A DNA stretch of 39,935 nucleotides from Nannocystales bacterium (GTDB lineage: Bacteria > Myxococcota_A > Polyangia > Nannocystales > Nannocystaceae): assembly GCA_050633305.1 (NCBI GenBank), contig JBOEGF010000039.1:1-39935 (forward strand), in the 5' to 3' direction. A program made the position numbers and the translations under genes. Under the pieces are notes generated by a model that saw nothing but the letters and a program-made list of their open reading frames with translations, ran no database searches and had not been told where the DNA came from. How positions within the stretch are numbered: position 1 is the stretch's first letter; each line of letters starts with the position of its first letter. Positions 1-10,155 of the stretch are shown here, piece after piece.

Positions 1-1308
1 GTGGCCGTCGGCCTGTTGCTGTTCGCGAAGTACGACGCGCTCGTCCGGCTCAAGGCGCGGCTGCCCAGCGTCACCAAGGGTGTTCGGCTGTACAATGCCG
101 GGCTCAGCACCGCGTACCGCCTCGCCCGCGGCATCACCGAGGTCTGCTACACGGACTCGCTCCCGCGCTACATCGTGCTGGTCATCCTCAGTGCGCTCGT
201 CCTGGGCCTGAGCCCGTTCGCCGGGTGGGGCGCTGGCGGTGGGTTCGAGGCCCCGAACGCCCTGGAGGCGGTCCAGCTGCCGACCGTGGCCTTCGTCGGA
301 ATCTTCGTCCTCGGGGCGGTCTGCACGGTCCGCTTTCGACACCGGCGCTTCTTGGCGTTGATCATGCTCTCGCTGTGTGGCCTGGGTACGACGCTGTTGT
401 TCGTCCAGCTCTCGGCACCCGACCTCGCGCTCACGCAGCTTTCGGTCGAGCTTGCGACCACGGTTCTCATCCTGTTGGCGTTGTACTTCCTCCCCGAGGA
501 CAGCGACCGTGAGGGCAGCACGGCCCGTCATCGGCGCGACTGGGTCATTGCCGGAGCGGTGGGCCTGGGCGTGACCGGTCTGATGTACGCGGTCCTCAGC
601 CGGCCGGCGTCCTCGATCGCCGACTACTACATCGCACAAGCCAAGCCGCACGGCGGGGGCACCAACATCGTCAACGTGATCCTCGTCGACTTCCGTGGCT
701 TCGACACCATGGGTGAGGTGACGGTGCTCGCCGTCGCTGCGCTTGCGATCGCGGCGATGCTGGAGAACGTCCGGTTGGTACGCCGCGAGACGACGATGGG
801 CGCCACCGTTCGCTCGAAGGACTTGCATCCGTTCATGCTCGCCGTGATGACCCGGCCGCTGTTGCCGTTGTTGCTGCTCGTCGCGCTGTTCATCCTCTTG
901 CGAGGACACAACCTCCCCGGTGGTGGATTCATCGCCGGGTTGGTCACGGCCGTGGCGTTGGTCCTGCAGTTCCTGTCCAGTGGCCTGCGCTGGACCTTCG
1001 AGCGGCTTCAGATCAACTACACCGCTGCCGTCGCGCTGGGACTGCTGATCACGCTCGCGACCGGGCTGGCCGCGATGCTCTTCGGGCAGCCGTTCCTCAC
1101 CAGCACGTTCACCCATGTGCATCTGGGGCCGATCGAGTTCGAACTGGCTTCCGCGATGGCCTTCGACCTCGGGGTCTTCATCACCGTCGTCGCGGTGCTG
1201 TTGATCATGATGGTCCGGCTGGGCGAGGTCGGCGAGGAGAAAGCCCAATCCGAGGGCCCATCCGAGGGCCAACCCGAGGACCAACCTGAGGGAGGCACCA
1301 GCCGATGA
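1..1308 (+). CDS. mrpA: Mrp/Pha monovalent cation:H+ antiporter subunit A (A-B fusion), 5'-truncated by window edge
   Basis: Hydrophobic; motifs SAPDLALTQLSVE, GGGTNIVNVILVDFRGFDTMGE, and MrpB-part LRGHNLPGGGFIAGL / FDLGVF; first gene of an overlapping operon. Confidence 0.95.
   Translation: MAVGLLLFAKYDALVRLKARLPSVTKGVRLYNAGLSTAYRLARGITEVCYTDSLPRYIVLVILSALVLGLSPFAGWGAGGGFEAPNALEAVQLPTVAFVGIFVLGAVCTVRFRHRRFLALIMLSLCGLGTTLLFVQLSAPDLALTQLSVELATTVLILLALYFLPEDSDREGSTARHRRDWVIAGAVGLGVTGLMYAVLSRPASSIADYYIAQAKPHGGGTNIVNVILVDFRGFDTMGEVTVLAVAALAIAAMLENVRLVRRETTMGATVRSKDLHPFMLAVMTRPLLPLLLLVALFILLRGHNLPGGGFIAGLVTAVALVLQFLSSGLRWTFERLQINYTAAVALGLLITLATGLAAMLFGQPFLTSTFTHVHLGPIEFELASAMAFDLGVFITVVAVLLIMMVRLGEVGEEKAQSEGPSEGQPEDQPEGGTSR
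1245..1292 (+). repeat. 4 x 12-bp imperfect tandem repeat in MrpA C-terminal tail (QSEG-PSEG-QPED-QPEG)
   Basis: ccaatccgaggg / cccatccgaggg / ccaacccgagga / ccaacctgaggg. Confidence 0.8.
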
Positions 1309-1646
1309 TGGACCTCGTCTTCGCTGCGGGCATTGGCATTGTTGCGGCGTGCGGGGTCTACCTGCTGCTGCGGATGCGGACGTACACGATCGTGTTGGGG
1401 CTGGCGTTGCTCTCGTACGCGACCAACCTGTTTCTCTTCGGTTCGGGGCGGTTGTCGATCGGGCAGGCCCCAATCTTCGCGGAGGGCACCAAGGTCTACG
1501 CAGACCCGATTCCGCAAGCACTGGTGCTCACCGCGATTGTGATCGGTTTGGCGATGACCGCGTTCGTCGTTGTCCTCGCTCTGATCGCGAACCGGGAACT
1601 CGGTAGCGACCACGTTGATGCAGGCCGAGACGAGGAGGGCGCATGA
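1305..1646 (+). CDS. mrpC: Mrp antiporter subunit C
   Basis: GLALLSYATNLFLF and ADPIPQALVLTAIVIG motifs; overlaps mrpA stop. Confidence 0.95.
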   Translation: MMDLVFAAGIGIVAACGVYLLLRMRTYTIVLGLALLSYATNLFLFGSGRLSIGQAPIFAEGTKVYADPIPQALVLTAIVIGLAMTAFVVVLALIANRELGSDHVDAGRDEEGA

Positions 1647-3223
1647 CCGGTCATCTCCCCATCGCGATGGTGGCGATCCCGATGTTCACGGCGGCGGTGG
1701 GCTTGCTGCTCGGCGCGCTCTCGAAGGACACCGCGAGGGTGCTCGGGCAGCAGCGCGCCCTGGGTCGGGCATCCCTGCTGGTGTTGATGGTGCTGGCCGG
1801 GCTGATGCTCGAGGCGACCTCCACCGGGGAGGTGCTGGTCGTCCGGTTGGGGAACTGGCCCTCGCCGTTCTCGATCGCTCTCGCGGTCGACCGTCTCAGC
1901 GCGTTGATGGTCGCGCTGACGATGCTGCTGGCCTTCTTCGTCCAGTGGGCTGCTCGCGATGGCGCAGACGCTCGCGGCCCCTACTTCCATCCACTCCTTC
2001 AGTTCCAGGTGATGGGGCTCGCCGGGGCCTTCATGACCGGCGACCTGTTCAACCTGTTCGTCTTCTTCGAGATCCTGCTGATCGCTTCGTACGCGCTGCT
2101 GCTGTACGGCCGCGGCCGGGCGCGACTTCGGGCAGCGCTGCACTACGTGGTGATCAACCTCGTGGGGTCGGCGCTGTTCCTCATCGGCGTCGGGGTCATC
2201 TACGGACTGCTGGGCACGCTCAACATGGCCGATCTTGCCGCGAAGGCGAGCCTGGTCTCCGAAGCCGATGCGCCGCTGCTTCACGCGGGAGCCCTGCTGC
2301 TTCTGTTGGTCTTTGCGCTCAAGGCCGCCGTGGTCCCCGTGCACTTGTGGTTGCCCGCGACCTATCACGCGCCCGTCGGACCGGTATCCGCCCTGTTCGC
2401 GATCATGACCAAGGTTGGGGTGTACGGGATCATCCGCGTGTTCGTCCCGATCTTCGGCCCTGGTCAAGGGTGGGCCTCCGGCGTTGCGGAGCCGTGGGTC
2501 TTGCCGTTGGGACTGGTCACGCTCGTCGCGGGGTCGCTGGGCGTGCTCGCGGCCACCAACCTCAAGAGGATGGTGACCTATCTGGTGGTGGCCTCGGTCG
2601 GTACACAGGTCACCGCGGTTGGGCTCTTCACCGAGCAGGCGCTCGCTGCCGCGACGTTCTACATCGCGCACAGCACGTTGGTCACCGCGGGGTTCTTCCT
2701 CCTGGCGGACGCGATCACCCTGCGTCGCGGTGAGGCCGGGGGACGCCTCTCGGCGGCACCGTTGATGCCCCAGGCTCGACCGCTTGCGATCCTGTACCTG
2801 CTCGCGGCGGTCAGCACCGCGGGTCTTCCGCCCCTGTCCGGCTTCATCGGCAAGGCGTTGATCTTGGCCGCCGTGCCCGACGAAGTTCAGCCCGTCGTCT
2901 GGACCGTGGTTTTGCTGACCAGCTTCTTGCTGCTCGTCCAGCTCGCGCGAATCGGCAGCGTGTTGTTCTGGAACCTCTCCGGGCACCGAGATGACGACGA
3001 GCCTGCGGCGCCAAGTGTTCGGTCCCTGGCTCCTGCCGCGGCGATGCTTGCCTTCAGTGCTGTGCTCGCCCTGTTCGGCGAGCGGCTCGACGTGTTCTCC
3101 CGAGCCACTGCGGCCCAGGTCTACGACCGGCAGGCCACGATCGAACGGGTCATGAACGACGCAGAGCCTTGGCCCAAGACGTGGCCCGAGAAAGCGGCTG
3201 CGAAGAGCGAGGGGGGGTCATGA
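1643..3223 (+). CDS. mrpD: Mrp antiporter subunit D
   Basis: TGDLFNLFVFFEILLIASY, LKAAVVPVHLWLP, MTKVGVY, GLPPLSGFIGK (NuoL/M/N-like); ATGA overlap. Confidence 0.95.
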   Translation: MTGHLPIAMVAIPMFTAAVGLLLGALSKDTARVLGQQRALGRASLLVLMVLAGLMLEATSTGEVLVVRLGNWPSPFSIALAVDRLSALMVALTMLLAFFVQWAARDGADARGPYFHPLLQFQVMGLAGAFMTGDLFNLFVFFEILLIASYALLLYGRGRARLRAALHYVVINLVGSALFLIGVGVIYGLLGTLNMADLAAKASLVSEADAPLLHAGALLLLLVFALKAAVVPVHLWLPATYHAPVGPVSALFAIMTKVGVYGIIRVFVPIFGPGQGWASGVAEPWVLPLGLVTLVAGSLGVLAATNLKRMVTYLVVASVGTQVTAVGLFTEQALAAATFYIAHSTLVTAGFFLLADAITLRRGEAGGRLSAAPLMPQARPLAILYLLAAVSTAGLPPLSGFIGKALILAAVPDEVQPVVWTVVLLTSFLLLVQLARIGSVLFWNLSGHRDDDEPAAPSVRSLAPAAAMLAFSAVLALFGERLDVFSRATAAQVYDRQATIERVMNDAEPWPKTWPEKAAAKSEGGS

Positions 3224-3744
3224 ACGAGAGCTCTCCTCCCCAGAGTCCTGAGAAGCGACCGGGACTGGTGCCGCATCCACTGCTCTCGATCCTCGTGGCG
3301 GCGACCTGGCTCTTGGCGCAGAACACCCTGTACGTCGGGCACCTCATTCTCGCGGTCGGGCTGGGCGTCGCGCTCCCGCGGTTGACCCACAGGTTCTGGC
3401 CCGGGGCTCCGCGCTTACGCCGGCCGGGCGTCGCTGTGCGCCTGCTGGGGGTGTTCTTCTACGACCTCCTCGTCGCCAACTTCCAGGTCGCGCGTCTGGT
3501 GCTTGGACCCAACGACCGACTCCGTCCCGGGTTCTTGCAGGTGCCGCTGGACATGGAGGACGAGTTTGGCGTCGTGCTGCTCGCTTCGATGGTGACGCTC
3601 ACCCCCGGTACGGTGACCGTCGATCGGGACGCCGAGCACAACATCATGCTGGTCCATGCCCTCGACATCGACGACGCCGAGGCGATGGTGGCGCTGATCA
3701 AGAGCCGCTACGAGAAGCCGCTGAGGGAGGCCTTGGGGTGCTGA
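3220..3744 (+). CDS. mrpE: Mrp antiporter subunit E
   Basis: LLASMVTLTPGTVTV and LVHALD motifs; ATG at 3220 overlaps mrpD stop (preferred over 3169). Confidence 0.9.
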   Translation: MNESSPPQSPEKRPGLVPHPLLSILVAATWLLAQNTLYVGHLILAVGLGVALPRLTHRFWPGAPRLRRPGVAVRLLGVFFYDLLVANFQVARLVLGPNDRLRPGFLQVPLDMEDEFGVVLLASMVTLTPGTVTVDRDAEHNIMLVHALDIDDAEAMVALIKSRYEKPLREALGC

Positions 3745-4007
3745 ACATCGCAATCCTGGCCTCGCTGGCCATGTTGTTCTTGGCAATGGTGCTGGCCCTG
3801 CTCCGTTTGCTTCGCGGCCCCTCGGTGCCCGATCGTGTGCTCGCGCTGGACACGGTGTTCGTCAACACCGTCGGCGTCGTCCTGGTGCTGGGGATCTGGC
3901 TGGAGACCAGCATTTACTTCGAGGCCGTGTTGATCATCGCGATGATGGGGTTCATCGGCACGTGCGCGCTGGCCAAGTACCTGCTGCGCGGAGACTTGAT
4001 GGAGTGA
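3738..4007 (+). CDS. mrpF: Mrp antiporter subunit F
   Basis: RLLRGPSVPDRVLALD motif, 3 TM helices. Confidence 0.93.
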   Translation: MLNIAILASLAMLFLAMVLALLRLLRGPSVPDRVLALDTVFVNTVGVVLVLGIWLETSIYFEAVLIIAMMGFIGTCALAKYLLRGDLME

Positions 4008-4009
4008 GC

Positions 4010-4327
4010 ATGCTCGAGATCATCGTCAGCATCCTGTTGCTGTTTGGGTCCGCGTTCGTGCTGCTGGGCTCGGTTGGGCTGCTCAAGCTCCCCGACGTCT
4101 ACGCGCGCCTCCACGCGCCCACCAAGGCCACCACGTTGGGTGTGGGGGCGCTGCTGGTGGCCTCAGCCGTCCAGCACAGCGCGCTGCGGGACGGCATCAG
4201 CGGTCAAGAGTTGCTCGTCACCGGTTTCTTCTTTTTGACGGCGCCCATCGGGGCGTACTTGGTCTCGAAGGCGGCGTTGCATCTGCGATTGAAGGCGGGC
4301 AAGGCCGAGCTCCCGCCCCGGGATTGA
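4010..4327 (+). CDS. mrpG: Mrp antiporter subunit G
   Basis: GLLKLPDVYARLHAPTKATTLG, FLTAPIGA; ATG 4010 follows GGAG. Confidence 0.93.
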   Translation: MLEIIVSILLLFGSAFVLLGSVGLLKLPDVYARLHAPTKATTLGVGALLVASAVQHSALRDGISGQELLVTGFFFLTAPIGAYLVSKAALHLRLKAGKAELPPRD

Positions 4328-4355
4328 GCCGCGGCGCAGGTCGAGAACATCCCGT

Positions 4356-6332
4356 TCAAGGTAGGAGCTGAAACGAGTCGAACACGTGGGAGACGAGCTC
4401 ATCCTCGTCTTCGGACCAGTCCTGAATCGAGAGCAGAGTGTAGAGGTCTCCGCCGACGAGGTACGCCCGAATGCGGATGCGGCTGTCGGCCTTTCCAAAC
4501 GGACTTCGGACCACCGCTTCGAACCCAGGATGGCCGTCGAGCTCGAGCGCTCGGGACCGCTTCACCGCGCCTTCGGAGAGCTCCGTGAGCGTCTTGACGA
4601 ACTCCCGGAGCACCGACTGTTCCGCTCCGTCCTGATAGACGAACTCGGCGTGTAGGACCCCCAAGAAGCACCGAGACAGGCTACGCCGACAGCGGGGCGA
4701 CGTGTACCTGACGGAGGGCTGACCGGGGGACGTCGTGAAGCGATGCTTATCGAAGTTGACCTTCCCGTCCTGGATGCGAAAGGAAGACTCGAGCAACGGA
4801 ACGTTGTGGGTCTTGAAGCTCACCCGCCCAGGCATGTCGAGTTCGTAGTGCCGCTCTTCGTCCTCGACGGAGGTGAGCTCACGGCCGGTGAACGGGGGCG
4901 TGGGGTCGAAGAGAGACGCTGCTGGGCGAGCGCAGGTTGAGCGTGGTTCCGTGAGCGCAACCGATTCCGAGCGACGGACCGCCTGATTCACGCCGAAGAT
5001 TGCGTCCATGACCAGTGGGGTTTTCCAGGGGTTGGCTCGGTTCTTGAGCCGGAGCAGGGGAGCGAGGTCGTGCTCGTTCGCGACCGTCGGGAACCACGTG
5101 CCAGACCCGTCCTGGAATCCTCCGCGGATGCGTTCCAAACCGGCGATGCGAACCCCTGGGACGCCCGAAGCGAGGAAGGATGTCACCCGAGCACGTGCCG
5201 CTTCGTCCCCGAACGCAGCCAACGCCGACTGTGATTGCGCGTAGTACAGCGCCGCGCGCCCCTCCGTCGCTGAGGCTGTGCGCGCCAGGCTGGGCTTGAC
5301 CCGTTCGAGGTGACAAGGGTCCTGGAGCAGCGAGACCTCCCGGAGGGCATCCGCCCGCCGCTGAACCATCGTGCGGTGGGGGTGGCGGGGCTCGATCGTC
5401 CGCGCGAGTTCGTTCCAATGGTGTGTCTGCCCGAGGTTCACGAGTGCAACCAGAAGCGGAGCTCGGTCGCGGACTGCGACGTTGGCGAGGGCGCTTTCGA
5501 GGAAAGGGACAGCCCTCGCCTCGCCACTACGACCCAGGAGGCGGGCGGCTCGCTTCGGATCACTGTCCAAGAGCCGAACCAGCGTGGCGAGGTCGGGGGA
5601 CGCGTCGACGGTGAGGAGGTAGTCCAGACATGTCCAGCGAGCCGTTCCGGTCTCATCTCGTTTCTCGAGGACCGCAAGGCAGTGCTCAACCGCAGTGGAA
5701 CTTCCGCGCTCGGCGGCGATTCGAGTCGCGGGAACCGGTCGGTCGAGCTTCGTCAGCAGCAGCTGAACTAGCTTGTCGACCGTGGCCTGGTCTCCGACGC
5801 TGGCGACCACCTGCTCGACGCCCGCGATGACGGTGTCGTGGTGCGGGAGTCGAGGCTCCGGCGCTTCGAGGAGTGCGACCAGAGTCCTTGCATCGGACGC
5901 GTCGCCGGCCAGCGCAAGGAAGGCCAGGGATTGGCCGACGATGGGTTCATCCCCGAAACCGAACTCGGAGCAGTCCAGCGCGAACTGCTGCTCGTTCAGC
6001 GTCAGAGCATCCCGTGCGAGGCCCAGCGCCTTCCTCGTGACCTTCTCGTCGCCGCTGACGATGGCATCGACGACCCTGCACTCGGAGAGTCGGTCACCGA
6101 CGAAGCAGCCGTAGTCGTCTCGAAACTCCGCGTGTGTCCCAATCGGTTCGCACTGACCGCGGTCGTTGAGCGCCCAATACTCTCGTTGCACGGCAGACAG
6201 AGGCTGCTCCTCGCCCCCGCGAGGTGTCGCAGCCGGGCGCGTTGGAGGACTCGCGATCGAGCACGCCCCCAAGAGCGAGATGCACATCAACGAGGCGGTG
6301 GCGATGCTCAGCGGCCAGCAAGGGCTCCCCAT
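4356..6332 (-). CDS. Hypothetical lipoprotein with HEAT-like helical repeats and a C-terminal PsbP/DcrB-like alpha/beta domain
   Basis: Long ORF (track start 6377; ATG 6332 chosen); lipobox LLGAC; repeats such as AARLLGRSGEARAVPFLESAL; C-terminus ELDGHPGFE...RAYLVGGDLYTL...VFDSFQL. Fold calls are by eye. Confidence 0.6.
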   Translation of the reverse strand: MGSPCWPLSIATASLMCISLLGACSIASPPTRPAATPRGGEEQPLSAVQREYWALNDRGQCEPIGTHAEFRDDYGCFVGDRLSECRVVDAIVSGDEKVTRKALGLARDALTLNEQQFALDCSEFGFGDEPIVGQSLAFLALAGDASDARTLVALLEAPEPRLPHHDTVIAGVEQVVASVGDQATVDKLVQLLLTKLDRPVPATRIAAERGSSTAVEHCLAVLEKRDETGTARWTCLDYLLTVDASPDLATLVRLLDSDPKRAARLLGRSGEARAVPFLESALANVAVRDRAPLLVALVNLGQTHHWNELARTIEPRHPHRTMVQRRADALREVSLLQDPCHLERVKPSLARTASATEGRAALYYAQSQSALAAFGDEAARARVTSFLASGVPGVRIAGLERIRGGFQDGSGTWFPTVANEHDLAPLLRLKNRANPWKTPLVMDAIFGVNQAVRRSESVALTEPRSTCARPAASLFDPTPPFTGRELTSVEDEERHYELDMPGRVSFKTHNVPLLESSFRIQDGKVNFDKHRFTTSPGQPSVRYTSPRCRRSLSRCFLGVLHAEFVYQDGAEQSVLREFVKTLTELSEGAVKRSRALELDGHPGFEAVVRSPFGKADSRIRIRAYLVGGDLYTLLSIQDWSEDEDELVSHVFDSFQLLP

Positions 6333-6429
6333 TGTCCGAGGATGCCCCTGGCCGTGGAGCGCTGTCCACGTGCACATTCGCGAGCTCGTTTCCCATCCTT
6401 GCCGTTATTCCGGATGATCGCGGCCCGCG

Positions 6430-7891
6430 TTGTGGGCAGCGGACACGGTCACCAGGTCCTCGGCCTCATCCGCGGGTTCTCATCGCTGCACTCCGGGCGC
6501 TCCACACGGCGCACGCTGCGTCGGCCCTGGAGTTCCACGTCCGGCTGCACGCGGCGGCTCCCAGCGGCGAGCAAGGCATTGCGGCCGACCACCTGCTGGC
6601 CGAGCACCTGCTGGATGTGGGCGAGCCCGCGCTGGCAGCCACCTTGCTTGGGACGACGCTGGAGCGCTTGCGAACGCAGAGGTCTACGAGCTTGTCGCCC
6701 CACAGCGGGAGGATGTGCAAGCCGACACTGAGGATGAGCAGGCCGCGCTGCGCGGCCGCCTCGCGAGCGTCGGGACACTGGACTTCCTGGTCACCGCGAC
6801 GACCGGGTCCGATCGAACGGCGTCGTTGCGCGAACTGGCTGCATTGCAGCCCCTGAACCCGCAGCGCTTCTCACACCTGGCGGAGCACCTCGAAAACGAG
6901 CGGGAGCCCACCGATGCCGATCTGGGCACGCGCGCAAGAGCGGTCGCGCGGCTGTTGGCGGACCCCGATGCCTTCGCACAGGAGGAACGCCCGCCCCGAC
7001 ACCACGTTCGCGGTTTGGAGGCGCAGCAGATCGAGTAGACCCTTCGGCATCGCGAAGCTCGGGACGGCGGGGTGCTCGCCAAAGTCTCCGTACCCGACGG
7101 GTCGGCGGTGAAGCCTACTGCGAACGCGTGCAATACAAGGCCAACACCGACCTCGAATCCGCGATCTCGGCAGCAACCGTGGTCCTCGGTGTTCCCTCCA
7201 TGCTCGCGTATGTTTCGCGTGGCGAGAAGTCGATCGGCATGCGGGCGTACGAGGATGACCTACCGTTTCTCGTGATCGGGGGCGACCACCTCGATGCAAA
7301 CGCCGACGCCTACTTGCCTCCGGCCGCCCTTCACTTTGCCGTGGGCGCCGAGCCCACCTACGCCTGGCTCACTCTCGGGTCACGCCCGCAGAAGTCTGGG
7401 CGGGTGGGCTCGAGCTCGGGGTGGAGGGGTTGGGAGTCGTCCTCGCCGCAACGCCGCTCATCAAGAAGGTCTACAGCACCACGTTGGGGAAGATCGTCAG
7501 CACCGTCGGAGGGCCAATCGTCGACAGGGTTCGCGGCACCCTCAAGGCCAACAAGAAGCAGCCGCGAGGCTCGCTGTCCCACGACAACAGCGAACTGGTG
7601 GCCGCGCATCGGGTGATGCAGTTTACCGCGGACCGAACGGGACTCCTGCTCGCAGCATCCCCCACGGCGGCGGTTCGGGTGATGTTCGCCGGTCACCCGG
7701 CAAGCCTCGCCAAGTGGGCCTTGGTCCGGCGGCACCCGTTGGTCGATGTACTGATTCGCGGCGAGGATGCATCCGAGCGCGACCAAATGCTCGCGGTGCG
7801 GGTCGCCGCGATGCTTGCGTTCTTCGTGTCGCCCGACTTTGCGACGCTGCGGGAGGCGATCCGTGCTGAGGACGCGGCGCCGGAGGGCTGA
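6430..7891 (+). pseudogene. Degraded gene with a degenerate M48-like region; about 3 frameshifts and 1 in-frame stop
   Basis: Protein-like fragments switch frames near 6670, 7120 and 7350; TAG at 7036-7038 reads through (QQIE*TLRHREARDGG); rejoined FAVGAE/AHLRLAH and QFTADRTGLLLA resemble M48-like motifs. Confidence 0.65.
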
Positions 7892-7933
7892 CACCGTCCT
7901 GCGGTGAGGGGGAAGCACCTGCACGCGTTCCTC

Positions 7934-8506
7934 TCATCTCTCACGTCGGTGAGGCCAACCCACCGTGACGCTCAGGGCCTGCACGTGTGGCTGCACCAAG
8001 CGCATCCGCTCGCGAAGCACACTGAACGTCACGCCACCGCCGACACCAAAGCCGAGCCAGACCCGTTTCACAGGCGGCACGTATAGGTGCAGGGCGACCG
8101 ACGGGCCCAGGCCGAGATAGCGATGCCGCTCCCCACATCCCCCGGCGAAGCAAAAACGCGTCGCAAACCCATTGAGCACCACCCCGGGTGCCAGCGTCGC
8201 GAGCCGGCCGAGCACGAAACCGCGGCTGACGGAGGCCGTCGCTCCCCCAGCCAGCACCGGGAACGGATATCCCATCCCGATTCCTGCCCGCAGGAGCCAC
8301 CGTCCCCGAAGGGTGCGGCCCAGCGCAAGCCCGTTCAACGGGAACCCCGCGTCGAGACTCGCGGACCAAGCGAACGCGAACGGCTCTCGTCGCGTTTGCG
8401 GAGCGACGGAGTCGGTGGCGCTTGGCGCTGCTGTCGTTCCTCCGCTGTGGCGTTCCCCAGCCTGCGCAGGAGCGAGGAAAACAGCGACAACGAAAACACC
8501 GAGCAT
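7934..8506 (-). CDS. Hypothetical secreted protein, possible small outer-membrane beta-barrel
   Basis: Signal peptide MLGVFVVAVFLAPAQA; alternating Gly/hydrophobic strands; ends ALSVTVGW. Confidence 0.5.
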   Translation of the reverse strand: MLGVFVVAVFLAPAQAGERHSGGTTAAPSATDSVAPQTRREPFAFAWSASLDAGFPLNGLALGRTLRGRWLLRAGIGMGYPFPVLAGGATASVSRGFVLGRLATLAPGVVLNGFATRFCFAGGCGERHRYLGLGPSVALHLYVPPVKRVWLGFGVGGGVTFSVLRERMRLVQPHVQALSVTVGWPHRRER

Positions 8507-8775
8507 GACGACAAGCTCCGAAGACGATCCGAGGGCACCCACGTGGGAGAGGCGACGAGTTCCGAAAACCCAACGAGCAGTCTACCTCGAAAGGCACTGC
8601 GTGCCATTGATGTTTGCAAGATTCCTCGCGGGCGGTCGCTTCGGGCCCACGTTTCGCACCCCCCTGCTTTCGCTCCGCCACGCTTGCCTCAATCCACAGC
8701 CTGTTAGCGAAGAGTGGCAAAGAAGGGCGACAGCGACACGAAGCAACCCGGGGGCCCGTCCCGGGATGCGGAACG

Positions 8776-9315
8776 CTAAGACGCGGGCGTCACAGTGCAG
8801 CGGGTCCAGTCGAGGTTGCCCGACGCCTGCATGTACAGCTTCACGTTCTCCGTCTTCGGACGGGCGTAGATCTTGTGGTGCAGACGCCCATCCGAGGACG
8901 GGGTGGTGGTTTGCTGCCGCAGGAACTTGCCATCCGCGTAGTCCATGGTGAGGATCGACTTTGAACCGCTGAAACGGCACTCGACGTCGTACTCTTGGTT
9001 CCGGTCGGCCCGAAAGTGCACCCAAAGCTGGGTGTGCTTGTCCATCTTCACCCGGTTGGCGGTCGTCTCCACCTGCGGAGCCCGGTGGACGTTGAGCGAC
9101 GCGCCGTTGTTGTGAAGGACGCGTGGCGTCAGCGTCGCGCGCGCTGAGAGGCCGCCGGTCAACCCCTTGGGCGGGGAGACCGTCTTCCCAGGGAATTTCC
9201 GCGTCGGCTTCACCATAGGCCCCTTGGGCAGCGACGCGGCCACAGCAGGGCCTCCCACCACCAGGCCGACGCCGAGAGCAAATCCGAGGGCAAGCGAGCG
9301 ATACGAAGCGGTCAT
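8776..9315 (-). CDS. Hypothetical secreted protein
   Basis: Signal peptide (…LALGFALGVGLVVGGPAVAA); GC3-biased codons; beta-rich C-terminal half with two Cys. Confidence 0.7.
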   Translation of the reverse strand: MTASYRSLALGFALGVGLVVGGPAVAASLPKGPMVKPTRKFPGKTVSPPKGLTGGLSARATLTPRVLHNNGASLNVHRAPQVETTANRVKMDKHTQLWVHFRADRNQEYDVECRFSGSKSILTMDYADGKFLRQQTTTPSSDGRLHHKIYARPKTENVKLYMQASGNLDWTRCTVTPAS

Positions 9316-9434
9316 GGTGTGGCAGTACCGCCTGGAGGCCGGGTGTTACGTCGGCCGCTCGTTTCTTCCTCCGATTCTTCGCCTCTGTCGTGCCGAGCAG
9401 GAACCTTCTTGTCGGGCGTTTGTCCTTCCGCCCG

Positions 9435-10073
9435 ATGGGATGGGGGTCGGTTCGGTTCGCGCTTGGAGGTCTGCTCGCGTCCTGCGTCGGGTGTGCATCC
9501 TGGGCGGACGACGACGAACTCTGGTTCAACACGCCCGGGGAGCAGCGCTCCGGGCCAATGTTTGTCTACGCGCCCGAACAAGTCGATGCCCTCGAAGAGC
9601 AGCCGATGCTCGAAGAATCTGAGGTGGTGAGACCGTCTGGTCAGGCGGGAGATCTGGCGTTGTCCCCTCGCAGGGCCGGTCCCATATGCACGTTGTCGAG
9701 CCCGACGCCCTACGTTCCTCCGCAGTTGGACGCTGACGACATTCGGCGAACGATTGGCACCCATCACAACGATATTCGGGTTTGTTACAACCGTGCCCTT
9801 CGGCACGACCCCAACCTCAGGGGGCGAGTTGTCATGCACTTCGCGATTCGCCCCGATGGTCGGGTGTCGTGGGCGGAGACCGGCGCGGCGACCCTCGAGG
9901 ATCCCACGATGCATGCGTGCCTTGTGGAGACGGTCGAGCGATGGAGCTTCCCGTCTCCGCCTGGGTCTCGCCGGTCCGTGGTCAACTATCCCTACGTGTT
10001 CTCCGTGCCAGAAAACGCTTCTGACGACCGAAGTCGGTTGAGTAGGCCATCGGCCGGCGGCAGGGCAGGCTGA
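9435..10073 (+). CDS. AgmX/PglI C-terminal (TonB-C-like) domain lipoprotein
   Basis: IRVCYNRALRHDPNLRGRVVMHFAIRPDGRV...CLVETVERWSFPSP...VNYPYVF; N-terminal LLASC/VGC. Confidence 0.85.
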   Translation: MGWGSVRFALGGLLASCVGCASWADDDELWFNTPGEQRSGPMFVYAPEQVDALEEQPMLEESEVVRPSGQAGDLALSPRRAGPICTLSSPTPYVPPQLDADDIRRTIGTHHNDIRVCYNRALRHDPNLRGRVVMHFAIRPDGRVSWAETGAATLEDPTMHACLVETVERWSFPSPPGSRRSVVNYPYVFSVPENASDDRSRLSRPSAGGRAG

Positions 10074-10155
10074 TGGACGACTCGGCCGTCGTATCGACTT
10101 GAACGAACGGGGTGCCCGGCGGTTGGGGTTGGTCTTGCGGGGCGGGGGCGGTCCG

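Noticed and set aside
1496..2986. 496-aa minus-strand ORF (and similar long antisense ORFs at 13438-15006, 24036-25151, 33928-35097, 37413-38585, 38846-39712)
   Set aside because: Shadow ORFs opposite well-supported genes; expected in high-GC DNA and lack motifs
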